From: the human T2T-CHM13v2.0 reference genome, Homo sapiens
Reading direction: 5' to 3' (one strand)
Assembly (NCBI RefSeq): GCF_009914755.1
Contig: NC_060931.1
Length of the DNA: 64,000 nt
Each line of letters starts with the position of its first letter. The stretch's first letter is position 1. The notes under the pieces are model-generated. The model was not told where the DNA came from and made no database searches. It saw nothing but the letters and a program-made list of their open reading frames with translations. This document shows, in pieces, positions 23,557 to 37,488 of the stretch. A program made the position numbers and the translations under genes.

Positions 23557-26500
23557 GTTTTTATCCTTGTCTACACAATGTTTGCCAAAGAGAGGGCTGG
23601 TAAAATGTGGCCATACATTTTTACTAAAATTTAATTGAATAAGCACTATAATCTTCTCCTAAATGCCTCCAAGCATTTAGAATAGTATTGTTTTTAATCA
23701 GGTAAAAAAAATCTCATTATAACAATTGTCATTTTTATTATCAGAAAGTTCTACATAACTAAGTCATATCTTATCCCAGCATATCTCTCAAATGAACAAT
23801 ACTTCAATGATAAGATTACATTCCATTCTTTGTGATGCAATTCTACACAATGGATCTCTCTATTGCATGTCTCTGCAATAGCCATGCTTTACAAAGAACA
23901 TAAAATGTGTGTGCTATTTGTGATGTGTGAGGGGAAGCACACTGAAGTAACATATCAAATAGAATATTTATTCTTTGTTTTTTTGGTTCCTAAATAAAGA
24001 TGAAATTATTCTTCAAATTCTCTTTGCCTTTCTTACTTCAGATAACTCAGCCACCTGCATAAAATGTGGCTTAGGCACCAAATCAACTACCAAAACAAAA
24101 GCTCCGAAGAAAAAGATTTAAAGCTGGAAAGTGAGGATGGAGTAAAGATCTGTGCCTGGTCCTGATTTCTGTTACCTGCTCATTTTTTTCAATAGATCCC
24201 AATGCTTTTGAACTCACTAAATGACTGCCAGCACATTGGTTGATTCATCTGAATGCTTTCAGGCTAGGAAAACGTTTCAACAGAAGCCTCACCCTTGTAT
24301 ATAAGAGTCCTAAGCAGGAATATGACTAGAACTATTTATTGATCCTCAGCTGTCCTATGCAGCTCTCCAAATCCTCTGGGCCTGACCTCCGTTGCAACAC
24401 AACAAGTGCCTCTAGACAAATATCTGATGTATAGTATCATTTGGAAGGGTACATTTGTACCATGTAGCGGTACATGGTAGGTTGAACGTAATTTAATTTC
24501 TTCCTCTTATGCGTTCTTGAAGCATTTTCTTAGTACAAATATTATTACATATCTTACTACCAGAATTCACTTAACTGGTTAGATTAACAACAACAACAAC
24601 AACAAAAGAGGTTATAGATGAGATTAGTTTATGATCAGTTGAGCAATCAGCAATAAAAAGACCAAAATAACAAAAATGCAGAGATTTTTTCACAATGATT
24701 TTTATGCCTCCCACCTGCTTTAGTTTTTTGAAATAATGGGATAATTAAAAGGATGACACCTCATGATAGTCTTCCAATTTTATGATGGTTTTGCTAAACA
24801 TGATAAATGAAACCTTAAAAACTTCAATTTTTTAACTTTCACTTTTTAAAATTACTAAATTATTTAATTATAGGATAGATATAACAATAGAAATACAAGA
24901 TATAAGGAAGAAATAATAATTTACCTCCACCATTCTACTCTGGCTTCATCTCCCTGAGATAACCAGTACTAACCAATCTATATTTATAGTTCTTATTTTT
25001 CTCTATGCTCACAAAAATGTGCTTACATACAGATGATTACATGATTACTTTTCTGTAATACGACATATGTTTCTACTTGATACTATGTCATGGATACAAT
25101 TCCAAAATAATGTCTCTACAGGAGAGATTGTAGTGAAAACATGCACCACGATATTTCCCAACATTCAGCTGCAGTTTCTTTCCTATCTTTGAAGAAACTC
25201 CAATTAGTTTCCTCACCATTATTATATGCCACAGTTAATATTCTAGGCACATTAGAGTACTTGTGCTCAGTGATTCAATTATAGTTCCAGGATATTTGCA
25301 TAGGAGAAAAGAGGTCTAAGCATGTCAGATAATTTCTTCATGACCTTTAATGACCTAGAGTGGTGGCCTTCCTTTCAATACCAAATCTCTTTTCCCAAAC
25401 TGACACTTTTGTGAAGGCATATACCTGCATGTTTATGCGTGCGCGTGTGCACAGACACACACACACTTTGAATCCTGGGTGGTTAATCTTAGGCAGTTTC
25501 CACTGTTTCTGTGTTTTAGTTTTGTTGGTTGGTTGGTTTTTCGGCCTTCTTTTCATCATATATGTCTTTGGCTTTAGAAACAACTGCTTTTGCTTATTTG
25601 GCACACTGCTTATGTATTTTTCTGCCTTGGCCAAATTACTTTATAAACCAACCATCAGCAGCTTTGAATATAGTCATTAGTACATGTAAAATTATACATA
25701 TGCCTTAAATCTTCACCAGACTAATCCAAATTTGTATCTTGGTATTTTGAATGTAATACACTGCTATACTTATGGTATAATTCATATAATAACTTATTTA
25801 ATAGGAGAGAAGAAATGAAGGGAGGAAGGGAGGAAAAGAAGAAAGGAAGGAAAAGAGAATGGGAGAAAGGAAGATATAAACAACAAAAAATACATATTTA
25901 CCATCAACATTTAAAAGATAATGATTATCTAACTAGCAGAGGCCACAGATAGAGCTCCCAATATTTTGAGATAGTTTTATGTTATAGGTTTTCAAGCACA
26001 AGTAAAATTATAAGGACATGTGTCAAGGACAATTATGTTGGCGAGAAAACAGAATTTATGAACCCTTGATTTTCTTCCAGTCCCTAAAGCTTTGATTCCA
26101 TGTTGCATCTACAGCTTTCCAGATGCTTTGGCTGTCACATTAGTGATTCAGTAATTATTCTAAGCAGAGAAATCTGTAGGCGAGATGTGTGGCGTTAGGT
26201 AAACTTTACTATAATGCTCAAACCACATAGTAGAAAAATATTTACCAAGTTAACATCTTAGAGTCCCAGATCTAATCCAGAGAAAAATAAAACGTACAAC
26301 TATCTTCAGAGATATAGCATATTGTATTTAATTACAATTTGTTCTGGCTTATTGCTTTTCATTTTACAAAATCCACGATGATGTGGTTTACTTAACCAGA
26401 TTTTAAAACCCAGGGACCCAAAATGCTGATTATTTTTCCAGAAAAGTGCAGTGACACTCTAGTTTATAAACCTAGTGACTTCTTGCTGCTCATGTTATAG

Positions 26501-28599
26501 TGCAAACAAGTAGATATTTAAGGGACATTGAAGTGGAAGTAAATAACTGTTGTGTATCATCGTAATAAAACCATTGAATAATTGCTGAAATAATCTGATT
26601 TTGTTTAAGAGTTGGGTGATTGATGAGTTGGCAGTTATTTTTGTCTTTCTATAGGTCTAAATTTTAAAATACACCAGATATTTAAGTTGAATGTGACATA
26701 TTTACCTCTCTCTTAGGCAACCTCTAAGCTTAATTTATTGCACAAGTACAAATTTACTTGATATATCAATGCACTTTTCAGTATCTTAAATTAATTCCTC
26801 ATTAACTAGTTTTATTTTACCGAGTTGAATACCTGTATAGCACAAAAACAGATTCAAGTTCTTTATTTTCTTCCAAGTAATGTCAACAGCTTTCATTCCT
26901 TCAGGGTATGAAGGCAGGGTGTTGTGTATGCCTGTGGACTGGTAGCAATAAAAACAACATAAAATTAGTTAAAGAGGAAGAAGGAGAATTGGGAGATTTT
27001 CTGTGCTGCTTTTACCAATCTAAAAGAAATTGTTAAAGTCATTTAATTTACATTCTCTTTACGATAATTGACTCACACAACCCATCTTTTTTTCCTCAAA
27101 TAATTTTGCAATGATCAAAGTAGATTGGATCTTTCTGTGGCTGTATCTGTTTATTACAAGCACAATTATTCAAGTAACAAATAGGGAAGTAATTCATAAA
27201 CATGCACACCCAATCAGGTATAAATCTGCAGATGCTCCATTAGTAATTAGAGATAATATTTCAAATACGGTCCATATTTTTTACAAATAACAATGTATTA
27301 AATATTAAGTTTTTGATTAGACAAAATTTCAAATCAATCAAAAAATAGTACTGGAGGGGAGGGCATAATTATTAAGAAAACTATTATTGTAGGTAAGTCT
27401 TTCAAAAAATTTAAAGGACTTTATTTTGAAAGATCAAGTAGGTTTGACAAGTATTTACATGTGAGTGCATCATGCCTGTCCAGCATTATATCATGAAATA
27501 TTTTACATCATGGATCAATCTGGTAAACTGTTAGCCATGATTCTAAGTATGCCCTTTTGGGTAGGGAGAGGAAGAGGGGACATTTGAGATCTAAAGAACA
27601 TTGTGATCTATGGTATTGAAAAGCAGGAATAAAGAGAAAGAGCACAATCAGCAAGGAGAAATACCAAATCCCTTCCACAAAGGAAAGATAAATGTGATTG
27701 GCCAGTTTTGAATACCTATGTGTCAGGACCCAGTTTCTTTCTAAAGATAATAAGGTAAAAGATGCCATTGTTTTACTTAAAGAATCAATAATCTAGTATG
27801 AACATAATACAATTTTGATAAAAATAGAGCCACGGAATGTAAATGATACTTTAGGCCACCCTTGAGAACTTCAGATTAGGATTTTTTTTACCCTGTATTT
27901 ACTCAGTGAGAACTCAGCATAGATACAAGTAAGAATGTTGCTATTTCTTTTTTCCTTGTCCACATTGTGAGACACGCGTAAGCTCTTGCAAGAGCATCCC
28001 TCAGGCCTGCCCTCTGGACCCAACCCTAAGTTTGCTGGGCTAAATTAGCACAGTTAGCCTAACTTCTAACCACTAGGCTCCTCCACTGAACAACAAACTC
28101 CATCAAAGGATAATGCTTTGATTTGCCTCTTTTTACTTGCCACTCATATATCTTCTCTAAGTAATGCAAGGGAAAACAAACAAAAATGGAAAATAAAAAA
28201 TAAAATACAAACCTCTATAGTTAGGAAATTAAGCGTAAAGAAATTTTAGGTAAAAATTTATTCAATATATCTCAGTTCTCAAATGTATTCTTTTTATCTA
28301 CACTGAATCAAAGAACAATTGCAGAAAGGGTAAGAGGAGAGGGAGAGAGAGACAGAAGGAAATAAACAGAAAAAAGAGACTCTAAGTCTTGCAAAAGACT
28401 TCATAAGAAGGAAGTACATCACAAGCTGAACTTCAATCAACAATCACTTCTTGGGTGTAGAGTAGCAGATTTATTTGAAGTCTAGCCTCTTTTTCCCGTG
28501 GTGGAATAAGACTCCTACTATAGCAAAGGGTTTGATTTCTTATTTTAAATGTATAATGAAAACATAGTATGGCTGCCGGTTAGAGTGATGTGGTCGATT

Positions 28600-28763
28600 T
28601 ACAAAGATTCTTAACTTTGGGAGACATTTAAGATTCTAATAAAGACCGTGTACCTCCCCAGAAAATTGTAGATACATGTACTTACAAAGTCTTCTGTACA
28701 CAGCTTCAAAGTGGTCTCAAAATCCTTGCAGCCATCCAGGGATCAAGGTTTGGGGTATCCTGT
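28600..28763. mobile_element. hAT-Charlie MITE (MER103-like), degenerate
   Basis: ttcttaac...cctccccagaaaa...gccatccaggga...aggtt motif order. Confidence 0.45.
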
Positions 28764-31363
28764 TGTCTTTATCTCATCTTCATCTCCAATAACTACAGTA
28801 ATAAAAGAAAGAAGAAAAATATGAACCCCATACTGTGTGTATATAAAAATCTAAGGAGTGGCATCTGACTGGATCAGGTCGATGCATGTATGTCATAAGA
28901 ATCTAGGAAGCACCAGGTTGAGTGAGATTAATGAGCCCCCAGCCCCATATTCCATTCCTAAGAGTGGTATTAAGAAATACTGTCAAGCAAGAGACATACC
29001 CTCATGGTTTTCTTTTTAGCTTAGAGGCATTAGAGTTCTTCAACCAAATGTATCTTTCTCATAGTAATCTAATTTCTGTCCCTACTCAGTAGACAAAAAT
29101 ATGCCCAAACTTGTCTCTTTATTGAGCTGCAGAAGGAGAGTAAAAATAAAACGAGAACAAAGAGATGGTTGTGACAGACATGTCACTCTACCCTGATCTC
29201 AGGTTTTTTTCCCTCACAAGAAACAAATATTCTTCTCAGGTGTGAGAAGGTAAAGACAACATGTAATACCAAAGTAAACTCATTGTATTCTGACAGCCCT
29301 AACCAGAAGCCAGAAAAAAAAGAGTACATTTAAATATCTCATTAAAAAGTTTATTATTATACCTGAGTAACTCAGAGGAATCATGCACACATTAAAATAT
29401 GTGCATCTCGTAACTCCAAAATAAAATCAAAATTCACTGAAGCACTCTCAAATAATGGCTTACTAGAGAAAAAAAATTAAAAACTGGGACAAGGTTGCGC
29501 ATTTCACCAGTGTGCTTATATTATCAAAATGAATGGATTTTCTTCCTCAAAAAATTTCACACGTCGATGGTAACATAAAGTTCCGTAATTATATTCTATC
29601 TCCTATCTTTCCAACACTGTGTGATGCAGTAATTCTTCTGTGTCAAGATGTAAAGCAGTAGGGAATTGAACAAAATTAAAACACATTTCACTAAGTCGTG
29701 AGCTGAGAATACCTCTTTTGCCCAAGTGAAGGCATGGAGGAAAAAAAGAGTGAAAGGGTTTTCTGAGAAAGACTTTATAACAACAGGCCTTTAAAATAAT
29801 TATCCCTGCATTAAAAATGCCAGAAAACAAAATTCTAATACATCCGAATTGTCCTTTATTTTTTTTGATTTTTCAAAATGTTTCTTAACATAAAACATCA
29901 AGGTGGTTGGTTGAATAGTAAAATTACATTGCATCAGTTTCAGGATATTAGTTCAGGTCTAATAAAATTTTAATAGAAATATGTTTAATGACTTTAACTT
30001 ACTGCTGAATGAATAGTACTCTGCAGGATTTGATAGTATATGACTCGAGAAAAGATTATTAAGAAGAAATATAAGGCACTTTTATAAAAGATATTTGCAG
30101 GAAACCATTAGATGATACAGAAAATCAATAATGTCCTAGTGCCAATTTCAGCAACATTAAAATTACAGTGCTCGTTGATATTTATGATGATAGAGCTACC
30201 AAATCATTTCATTTTTGTCTTTCACTACATTAGCATTTTTCTTTGTTATCTAGGACCAGTTACAAAATTTGATCTGTTCCTTTAAAAAATGTTTTACAGA
30301 TGATCCTGTTTCTAAACAGCTCTTCTAAGGAAGAATTTTAACAGTCTATTCTTCATACTTTCAGTGTATAAATGGATTGATAAAGTTATTTCCTTTTAGG
30401 GAAGTCATAATAATTGTAAAATATTAAGACATTCAAAATGGACCTTAGTAGAAACAAATAAATAGGACTTAATAAACAGAGTTGCTCAGCTTGCTTTTTT
30501 CCAAGAGGAAAAAAAATGGTGATAGTCTAGCGTCATTATCTCACATGTTTAAAAGTGAAGTCCAAGAAGTAATGAATTGTTCAAGAGTGAAATTGTGTAT
30601 AGAGTACAAATAAATATCTTGATTTTTTCCCATGTCCTTCTCCAAGTTCACCCAAATTATCATGCAAACAGGAATATAGAGCTTACACTTATTTGGCTTT
30701 TGAAGTAACCCTGTGATTTTTTTAACTGGCCAGACTACTATAAACAATGGAATTTAGATAAATTGATAGAATCAGAAGAAAAAATAATGAATGGTGAAAT
30801 ATTATTGCCAACATTTTTTGACTTGGTGCCCTGGATATATATAAATATAGCTATTTAACTACATATCCCAGCTAATAGGCTTCTCCACAGGTAAGGAGAC
30901 ACAAAAAGATAACCCACTGGAAGGCTGTCTACAATTGCTGTCTCCAACTTTAAAAGGACAAAAAAAGTTTAATGATTTCCGAAACCCTGAGCTCCTCGAG
31001 TTATAGAATATAAAAATAGTAACTGCCTGAGGCAATGTCATCTCACTGGTGGCTTCCATGAATTGTGAAGTCTGCGCCAGTGATAAGAGGCTGGGAGAAA
31101 ACTTTCAGATCTTAACCCGTGCTAAACTCTTATGAGTCAACCTTTTGCCATAGTAGCCAATGGGATACATTTTTAAGCATTAAATTCACATACACTAACA
31201 CATGTAATAGCAAAAACAGTAATAATAAAGGCTAGAGGGAGGGTACACATTCACTCTTAATGGAATCTGTTTCAAAAGATGAGTCTACTGCCTATAAAGA
31301 TAAAGATAAAGATATGTTAATTACATATAAAGCTTTCTGCAGGACCATAGTCTTCTTGAACTT

Positions 31364-31525
31364 AGAGGGGGTGAGGGATAAAAGGCTACATATTGGGAAC
31401 AGTGTACACTGCTCAGGATAAGGGGTGAACTAAAATCTCAGAAATCACCAGTAAAGAACTTTTCCATGTAACCAAAAACCACCTGTATACCAAAAATCCT
31501 GAAAATTAATAAAATAAAATAAAAA
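31364..31525 (+). mobile_element. L1PB 3' end fragment
   Basis: gggggtgagggataaaaggctacatattggg...aaatcaccagtaaagaactt...aataaaataaaataaaaa. Confidence 0.85.
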
Positions 31526-31985
31526 GTCATTGGTAAGACTGCATTTTGGCTTAAACATTTCTCCAACTTATTCTACCATCCAGACCAGCGTATCATTTTT
31601 TCAGGATCATATAGAATTTCCCAGACTTTGTTTTATAGGTCAATCTGAGAGCCAAATATAAACATGTGAAATATGTGCTAATGCTTACCATTTATATTTT
31701 CTGCTAGTTGATAGTTATTTTTTACTTTCAATGATCATTCATTGGATAGTGTTAAATCAGACATTGGCAACCTCCCAAAGATGGAGAAGGGGTGGGCTTT
31801 CAGCCTGTCATAGGTCCATGGATTTGTTGCTAACTGGATCCCCATTCCTGCTGCTGTCCAGAGCCACCACCCGCTTCCCCAAGAGTCTGATTTATCACCC
31901 TGAGTGAAATCAGAAATTCACTGTAAAACCATGCCCCACCTCCCTCCAGCTTCCTAGGGTCTGACTTTTGAAAAGGGATGAATAG

Positions 31986-32313
<328 letters not shown>

Positions 32314-32528
32314 TTATTATTACCTCTGAAAAGATTGCTAGTCCTTAATCTACACTATAATTATGTTTGTTTACATTTAATAGCTATTTTCCAACTACAT
32401 AAATTTCCCCATTCCAACTTATGTTTGTGCATGTAAATATGTTCATTTTTAATGAGATAAGATTCGTTTTCTTTTGAATTTGTTTACCAAGTGTGCTAGC
32501 CATAAAATTCTCCACAAATGCCATAGAT

Positions 32529-32822
32529 CGGGGTCCCCAGCCTTTTTGTCACCAGGGTCCGGTTTCGTGGAAGACAGTTTTTCCACTAGTTAGATTTTCA
32601 TTAGGAGCATGCAACCTAGATCCCTTGCATGTACAGTTCACAATTGGGTTTGCCATACTGTGAGAATCTAATGCTGTTTCTGATTGGATAATCTGATTTG
32701 ACAGGAGGTGGAGCTCAGGCAGTAATGCTCATACGCCCGCTGCTCCTCCCCTGCTATGTAGCCTGGTTGCTAACAGGCCACAGACTGATGGTGGTCTACG
32801 GCCCGGGAGGTGGGGACCTCTG
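32529..32822. mobile_element. MER1B (hAT-Charlie) with 8-bp TSD
   Basis: TIR-like cggggtcccca / tggggacctctg; TSD ccatagat at 32521-32528 and 32823-32830. Confidence 0.9.
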
Positions 32823-34034
32823 CCATAGATGATCTACCTGAGTTCTGGATACAGGAGCCACTCAGTAAATATTTGTCGCATTAAATAAGCCAACTCACTG
32901 TACAACAGCAACCAACTCACTTCCTAGGCAACCAGGCTGTTCAATCATCTCCAGTCCTTTCCTCACCACTGTCATACATAGGAGACTCCTCTCTATACCA
33001 GATCTTATCATCATTCCACAGCATTTTAACATCCACATCTGTGACCCATTCACCACTAAAAACTAGACACAGCTTATATCCAATGGTGCACCCTTTCAAC
33101 CACTGTTTTGCCAGTTTTTTCTGCCCCTTGATCTATTTCCCCAATTAGAACCCTCAAACCTGCGTCATTCTACATATTCCTTCTTCACTCAATTCCACTG
33201 AAAGTGGGCAGAAGAAATAATCACACAGCAATGAACTCATGATTTAGTTGATTATTTCTCATTCCTCAAAACATGCTTGCTAAAACTTCCTCAACTTATC
33301 CCCACCCTTTTTCTTTTTGTAAATTTATCTGCATCTAAGCCTCTCATGGTCTTCCTGTCTTCAAAGAGCAGTCTTTATCTCCTTCAAAGCCTGTCCTCAC
33401 CTGTTCTTTTATTTTCATCTCCTTCTGCTTCCTCAGGGACCTTCATTAATGGATTATCTCCTAGTTCTATCATATGTTCAACCTACTTCTGTTCAGTGAT
33501 TCTTTCACAATAATGTAGACATCTGCTTATTTAGAAAATATTTCTTTGACTCCTGTTACTCCTTCCTTTTCTTCCTGACAGAAAAAAAAATCATAAAGGA
33601 AAAGTTCACTCCAATATAAAGGAAAATTTTTCACTTCCTACGATTCATTCACTCAAACTCTAAAATTCTACTCCAAAAACCACTCTCACTACAATTATCA
33701 ATATACTCTTTGATGTTGTGTACAATGGATATATGTCAGACATGTTGGTGACATTTTTAGAGTAATGAAAGCTACTGACCCCTCCTACCTGTTGAAATGC
33801 CTTTGTTGTCTTTTATAACACAGTTTTCTCCTAAGTAATCTACTGCTGTGGCCCCTCTGAAGTAGATAGCTCTGTTAAGTCCTCTTTCTGCGTCCACAAT
33901 AACACTTCACTGCTTCCTTCTCAGCCAAAAGTTCCCCTAGTTTTCACAGTCTCCCTGGGTGTACCATCCATTGTTGTTACTCTTTTAAATTAACAACTAT
34001 AGTCAATGAGCCAGATCTATCAGCAGATCAGATC

Positions 34035-34618
34035 TGTGATAGGCTGACTTGTGTCTCCCTAGAAATTCATATGTTGAAACCCTAGCCCCCAGTATTTTAA
34101 AATATGACTGTATTTGGAGATAGGGATTTTAAAGAGGTGATTAATAAGTTAAAACGAGACCATAAAGGAGGAGCCTCATCTCATTTGACTGGTGTCCTTA
34201 TACAAAGAGGAAATTTCTGCTCTCTTTGGCAGCACGTGTACTAATAATATAGGAAGGATACATAAAAGATTAGCACAGCCCTTGTGCAAGGTTGACATGC
34301 ATATCTGTGAAGTGTCTCATATTAAAAGACAGAGAAAGAAAGAGAGAGAGAGAGAGAGAGAAGTTTGAAACTTCTTGAAATCTGAACACACAGAGAGACA
34401 ACAAGGATGTGTGTGTGTGTGCACAGAGGAAAGACCACGTGAGAACACAGCGAGAAGGCAGCCATCTGCAAGCCAAGGAAAGAGCCTCTGAAGAAACCAA
34501 ACTTGCCAACACCTTGATCTTGGACTTCTCGTCTCCAGAGTTGTAAGAAATCAATTACTATTGTTTAAACCATCCAGTCCGTGGTATTTTGTTATGGCAG
34601 CACTAGTAAACTAACATG
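34035..34618 (+). mobile_element. MLT1A/B MaLR solo LTR with 5-bp TSD, carrying a U6 insert
   Basis: tgtgataggctg...aaattcatatgttgaaacccta...caccttgatcttggactt...gttatggcagc...aaactaa; TSD agatc at 34030-34034 and 34619-34623. Confidence 0.88.
34218..34323 (+). pseudogene. U6 snRNA retropseudogene (full length, diverged)
   Basis: tgctctctttggcagcacgtgtactaa...gattagcacagcccttgtgcaaggttgacatgc...gtgaagtgtctcatatt is collinear with U6 (gtgctcgcttcggcagcacatatactaaaa...gattagcatggcccctgcgcaaggatgacacgc...gtgaagcgttccatattt); purine-rich tail follows. Confidence 0.92.
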
Positions 34619-35205
34619 AGATCCTTCTCTTGAGCTCCAGATCCCTCAATACAAAAGCATTCTAGTTAACACAAACTGAATGTTTTGTAACTTCCCAAAT
34701 CCTTGTTTGCAATTATATTCATTTTACTTCCCTCAAAATCTGATTCTCTTCTTTTATTCTTATGCTGATAGTTGGAATACAGCTTCCCAACCAGTTTCCC
34801 AAACCAGAAACCTGGGAGTTATCATTGGTACATTCAGTTTTTTCATCCACCAATGTTACTTGTTTACCAAGTCATGTTCGTGCTGCAAATCTAAAATCCA
34901 TCCTCCTTCTCCATATCATTATTTCCCACTTAAATGTTGTATCAACCTCCTTGCTGGTTTCCCATCTTACTACAGCCAGAATAAACTTACTACAGCCAGA
35001 ATAAATTTAAAATGCAAATCTCATTATGTCCTTCCTTTGCTATAATTTTTTCAGTGGTTTTTCATAGCCTACAAAATAAATCCTAAGTCTTCAGTATGGC
35101 ATAAAATGCCCTCCATGGCCTAGTGATGGCATCCACTATCATCTGCCTTTCCAAATCTATAGTCCAGGCATCCTGAATCACGTGGAGTTTTTGAAGGTTG
35201 AATAA

Positions 35206-35554
<349 letters not shown>

Positions 35555-36576
35555 ACCTGCCTAACTGTCATTCTTCTCCTACAAAAGTAAACACAGATGA
35601 CATTTGTGGATAGTCTTACTTAAATGACCTGCCACAGGCTAGCCTGATCTAGGCGCTGCTCCAATAACAGCCATGAGACCTTTGTGTATATTAGTTCCCT
35701 ATCACACTAGCATTGCAACAGACTCTTTACCTGTGAGTCTAAGGCACTGGATTTAAAGTCTTTGAAAAACCGTGTCTTTGTATCCTGAGGGTCCGGTATG
35801 AATTAAATAAATGTAAATTGGCAGAAGAATAAATGAATGAATGAATGAATGAATATATGAGTGCAGGTTTAGGCATGTCAAATTCTATATAGAATTTCCT
35901 GAGGGATAAGCCATTAGTAGACACAGCTATATTCTGAGTCTGAGAATTTTCTTAGATAAATATTTTCAGATAAACACCCTAATCCCTCCAGATACTAAAT
36001 TTTCCCAACTCTTATTTTTAAAATACAGCTGCATCCTTCAGGCAATTTATTGGCATGTCTAGTTAGTTCTGCAGTTTCACAAACATCTAATGTCATGGTC
36101 AAACACATGTGCCCATAAGGCCAAGGTCCTCAAACTTTGTATTGCTTTATATTACTTATATTCTACCAGGTGAGTGTGTGTTGGAGGGGAAGAGTTCTTC
36201 TTTTCTCAAAAAAGTAAAATAGTAAAGTATACCTTTGTAATACAATTGATTCAAAATAAATAGGCCCTAAGCGTGCATCACTTTAGAAAGCAATTATTTT
36301 GATTTTCAGTAGTTTTATAATTACTATTCACTAAAATTTCATCTTATTCCAGCCTCCAACAGAAGTTAAAAAAAAAAAAAACTTTTTCTACCTACCTGCA
36401 GCTTTTGTTGAAAATATGAGTTTCTTTTCCTGTTTTTCTTACAAGTCTCTCAAATTACTCAACTTTCTTATCTAGTAATTTAGAGTCACTGCAAATTGTT
36501 CAACTCTGTTCATACTACTGCGGCTTGCTAACTTCCTGGGTTTTTAACTTTATCATTCTTTATTGAGTTTCTACTG

Positions 36577-36886
36577 CTTTTTGTTTGTTTGTTTGTTTTT
36601 AGAGACAGGGTATTGCTCTGTCCCCCGAGCTGGAGTGCAGTGGCGTGATCTCAGCTCACTGTAATCTCTGCCCCCTGGGTTCAAGTGATTCTTGTGACTC
36701 GAGTAGCTGGGATTACAGGTATGCACCACCATGCCCAGCTAATTTTTTCTCTTTTTTTTTTTTATTTTTAGTAGAGATGGGTTTTCGCCATGTTGGCCAG
36801 GCTGGTCTCAAACTCCTGGCCTCAAATCTGCCTGCCTGGGCCTCCCGAAGTGCTGGGATTACCAGCGTGAGCCACTGCACCCTGCC
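36577..36886 (-). mobile_element. AluS
   Basis: Antisense Alu with (TTTG)n tail; TSD agtttctactg on both sides. Confidence 0.94.
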
Positions 36887-37205
36887 AAGTTTCTACTGTT
36901 TCTTAATGGTGAATGCATGTTTATATGAAGCATATGCCCAATTCTCTGGAATACGTATAAGAATGAGTTATAGAGAGACTTCCTGCTTGCTATAATACAT
37001 ACCTATTTCTATCTCAGGCCTGTGTGCAGGCAGCTAGAACTGGAGATGTCAAGAATAGGATGACCTCTCAGGTTATTATGCTTGCATAAAACTTTATTAT
37101 TCCTCGATTATCTAATTTATCATAGTATTATAATGAGTGATAAAGCTGTTGTCCCCTTGACTAGTTTATAAGTGAGCATAGTGTCTTCCTACTTGTCTTT
37201 CTATT

Positions 37206-37488
37206 CTTTTTTTTTTTTTTTTTTTTGAGACAGAGTCTCGCCCTGTCTCCCAGGCTGGAGTACGGTGGTGTGACCTCAGCTCACTGCAACCTCCGCCTCT
37301 TGAATTGGAGCAATTCTTATGCCTCAGCCTCCCTCACGCCACTACACCCAGCTAATTTTTGCATTTTTAATAGAGACGAGGTTTGGCCATTTTGGCCAAG
37401 CTGGTCTTGAACTCCTGACCTCAAGTGATCTGCCTGCCTCAGCCTCCCAAATTGTTGAGATTACAGGTGTGAGCCACCGTGCCCAACC
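37206..37488 (-). mobile_element. AluS with internal deletion in right arm
   Basis: Antisense Alu; TSD tctttctattctt on both sides. Confidence 0.94.

Noticed and set aside
24042-24130. Plus-strand exon candidate (cttacttcAG ... aaa|GTGAGG)
   Set aside because: Weak donor, stops in all three frames, no supporting neighbours.
24458-24479. 9-bp stem, 4-nt loop hairpin (taccatgta gcgg tacatggta)
   Set aside because: Short enough to be expected by chance in 64 kb.
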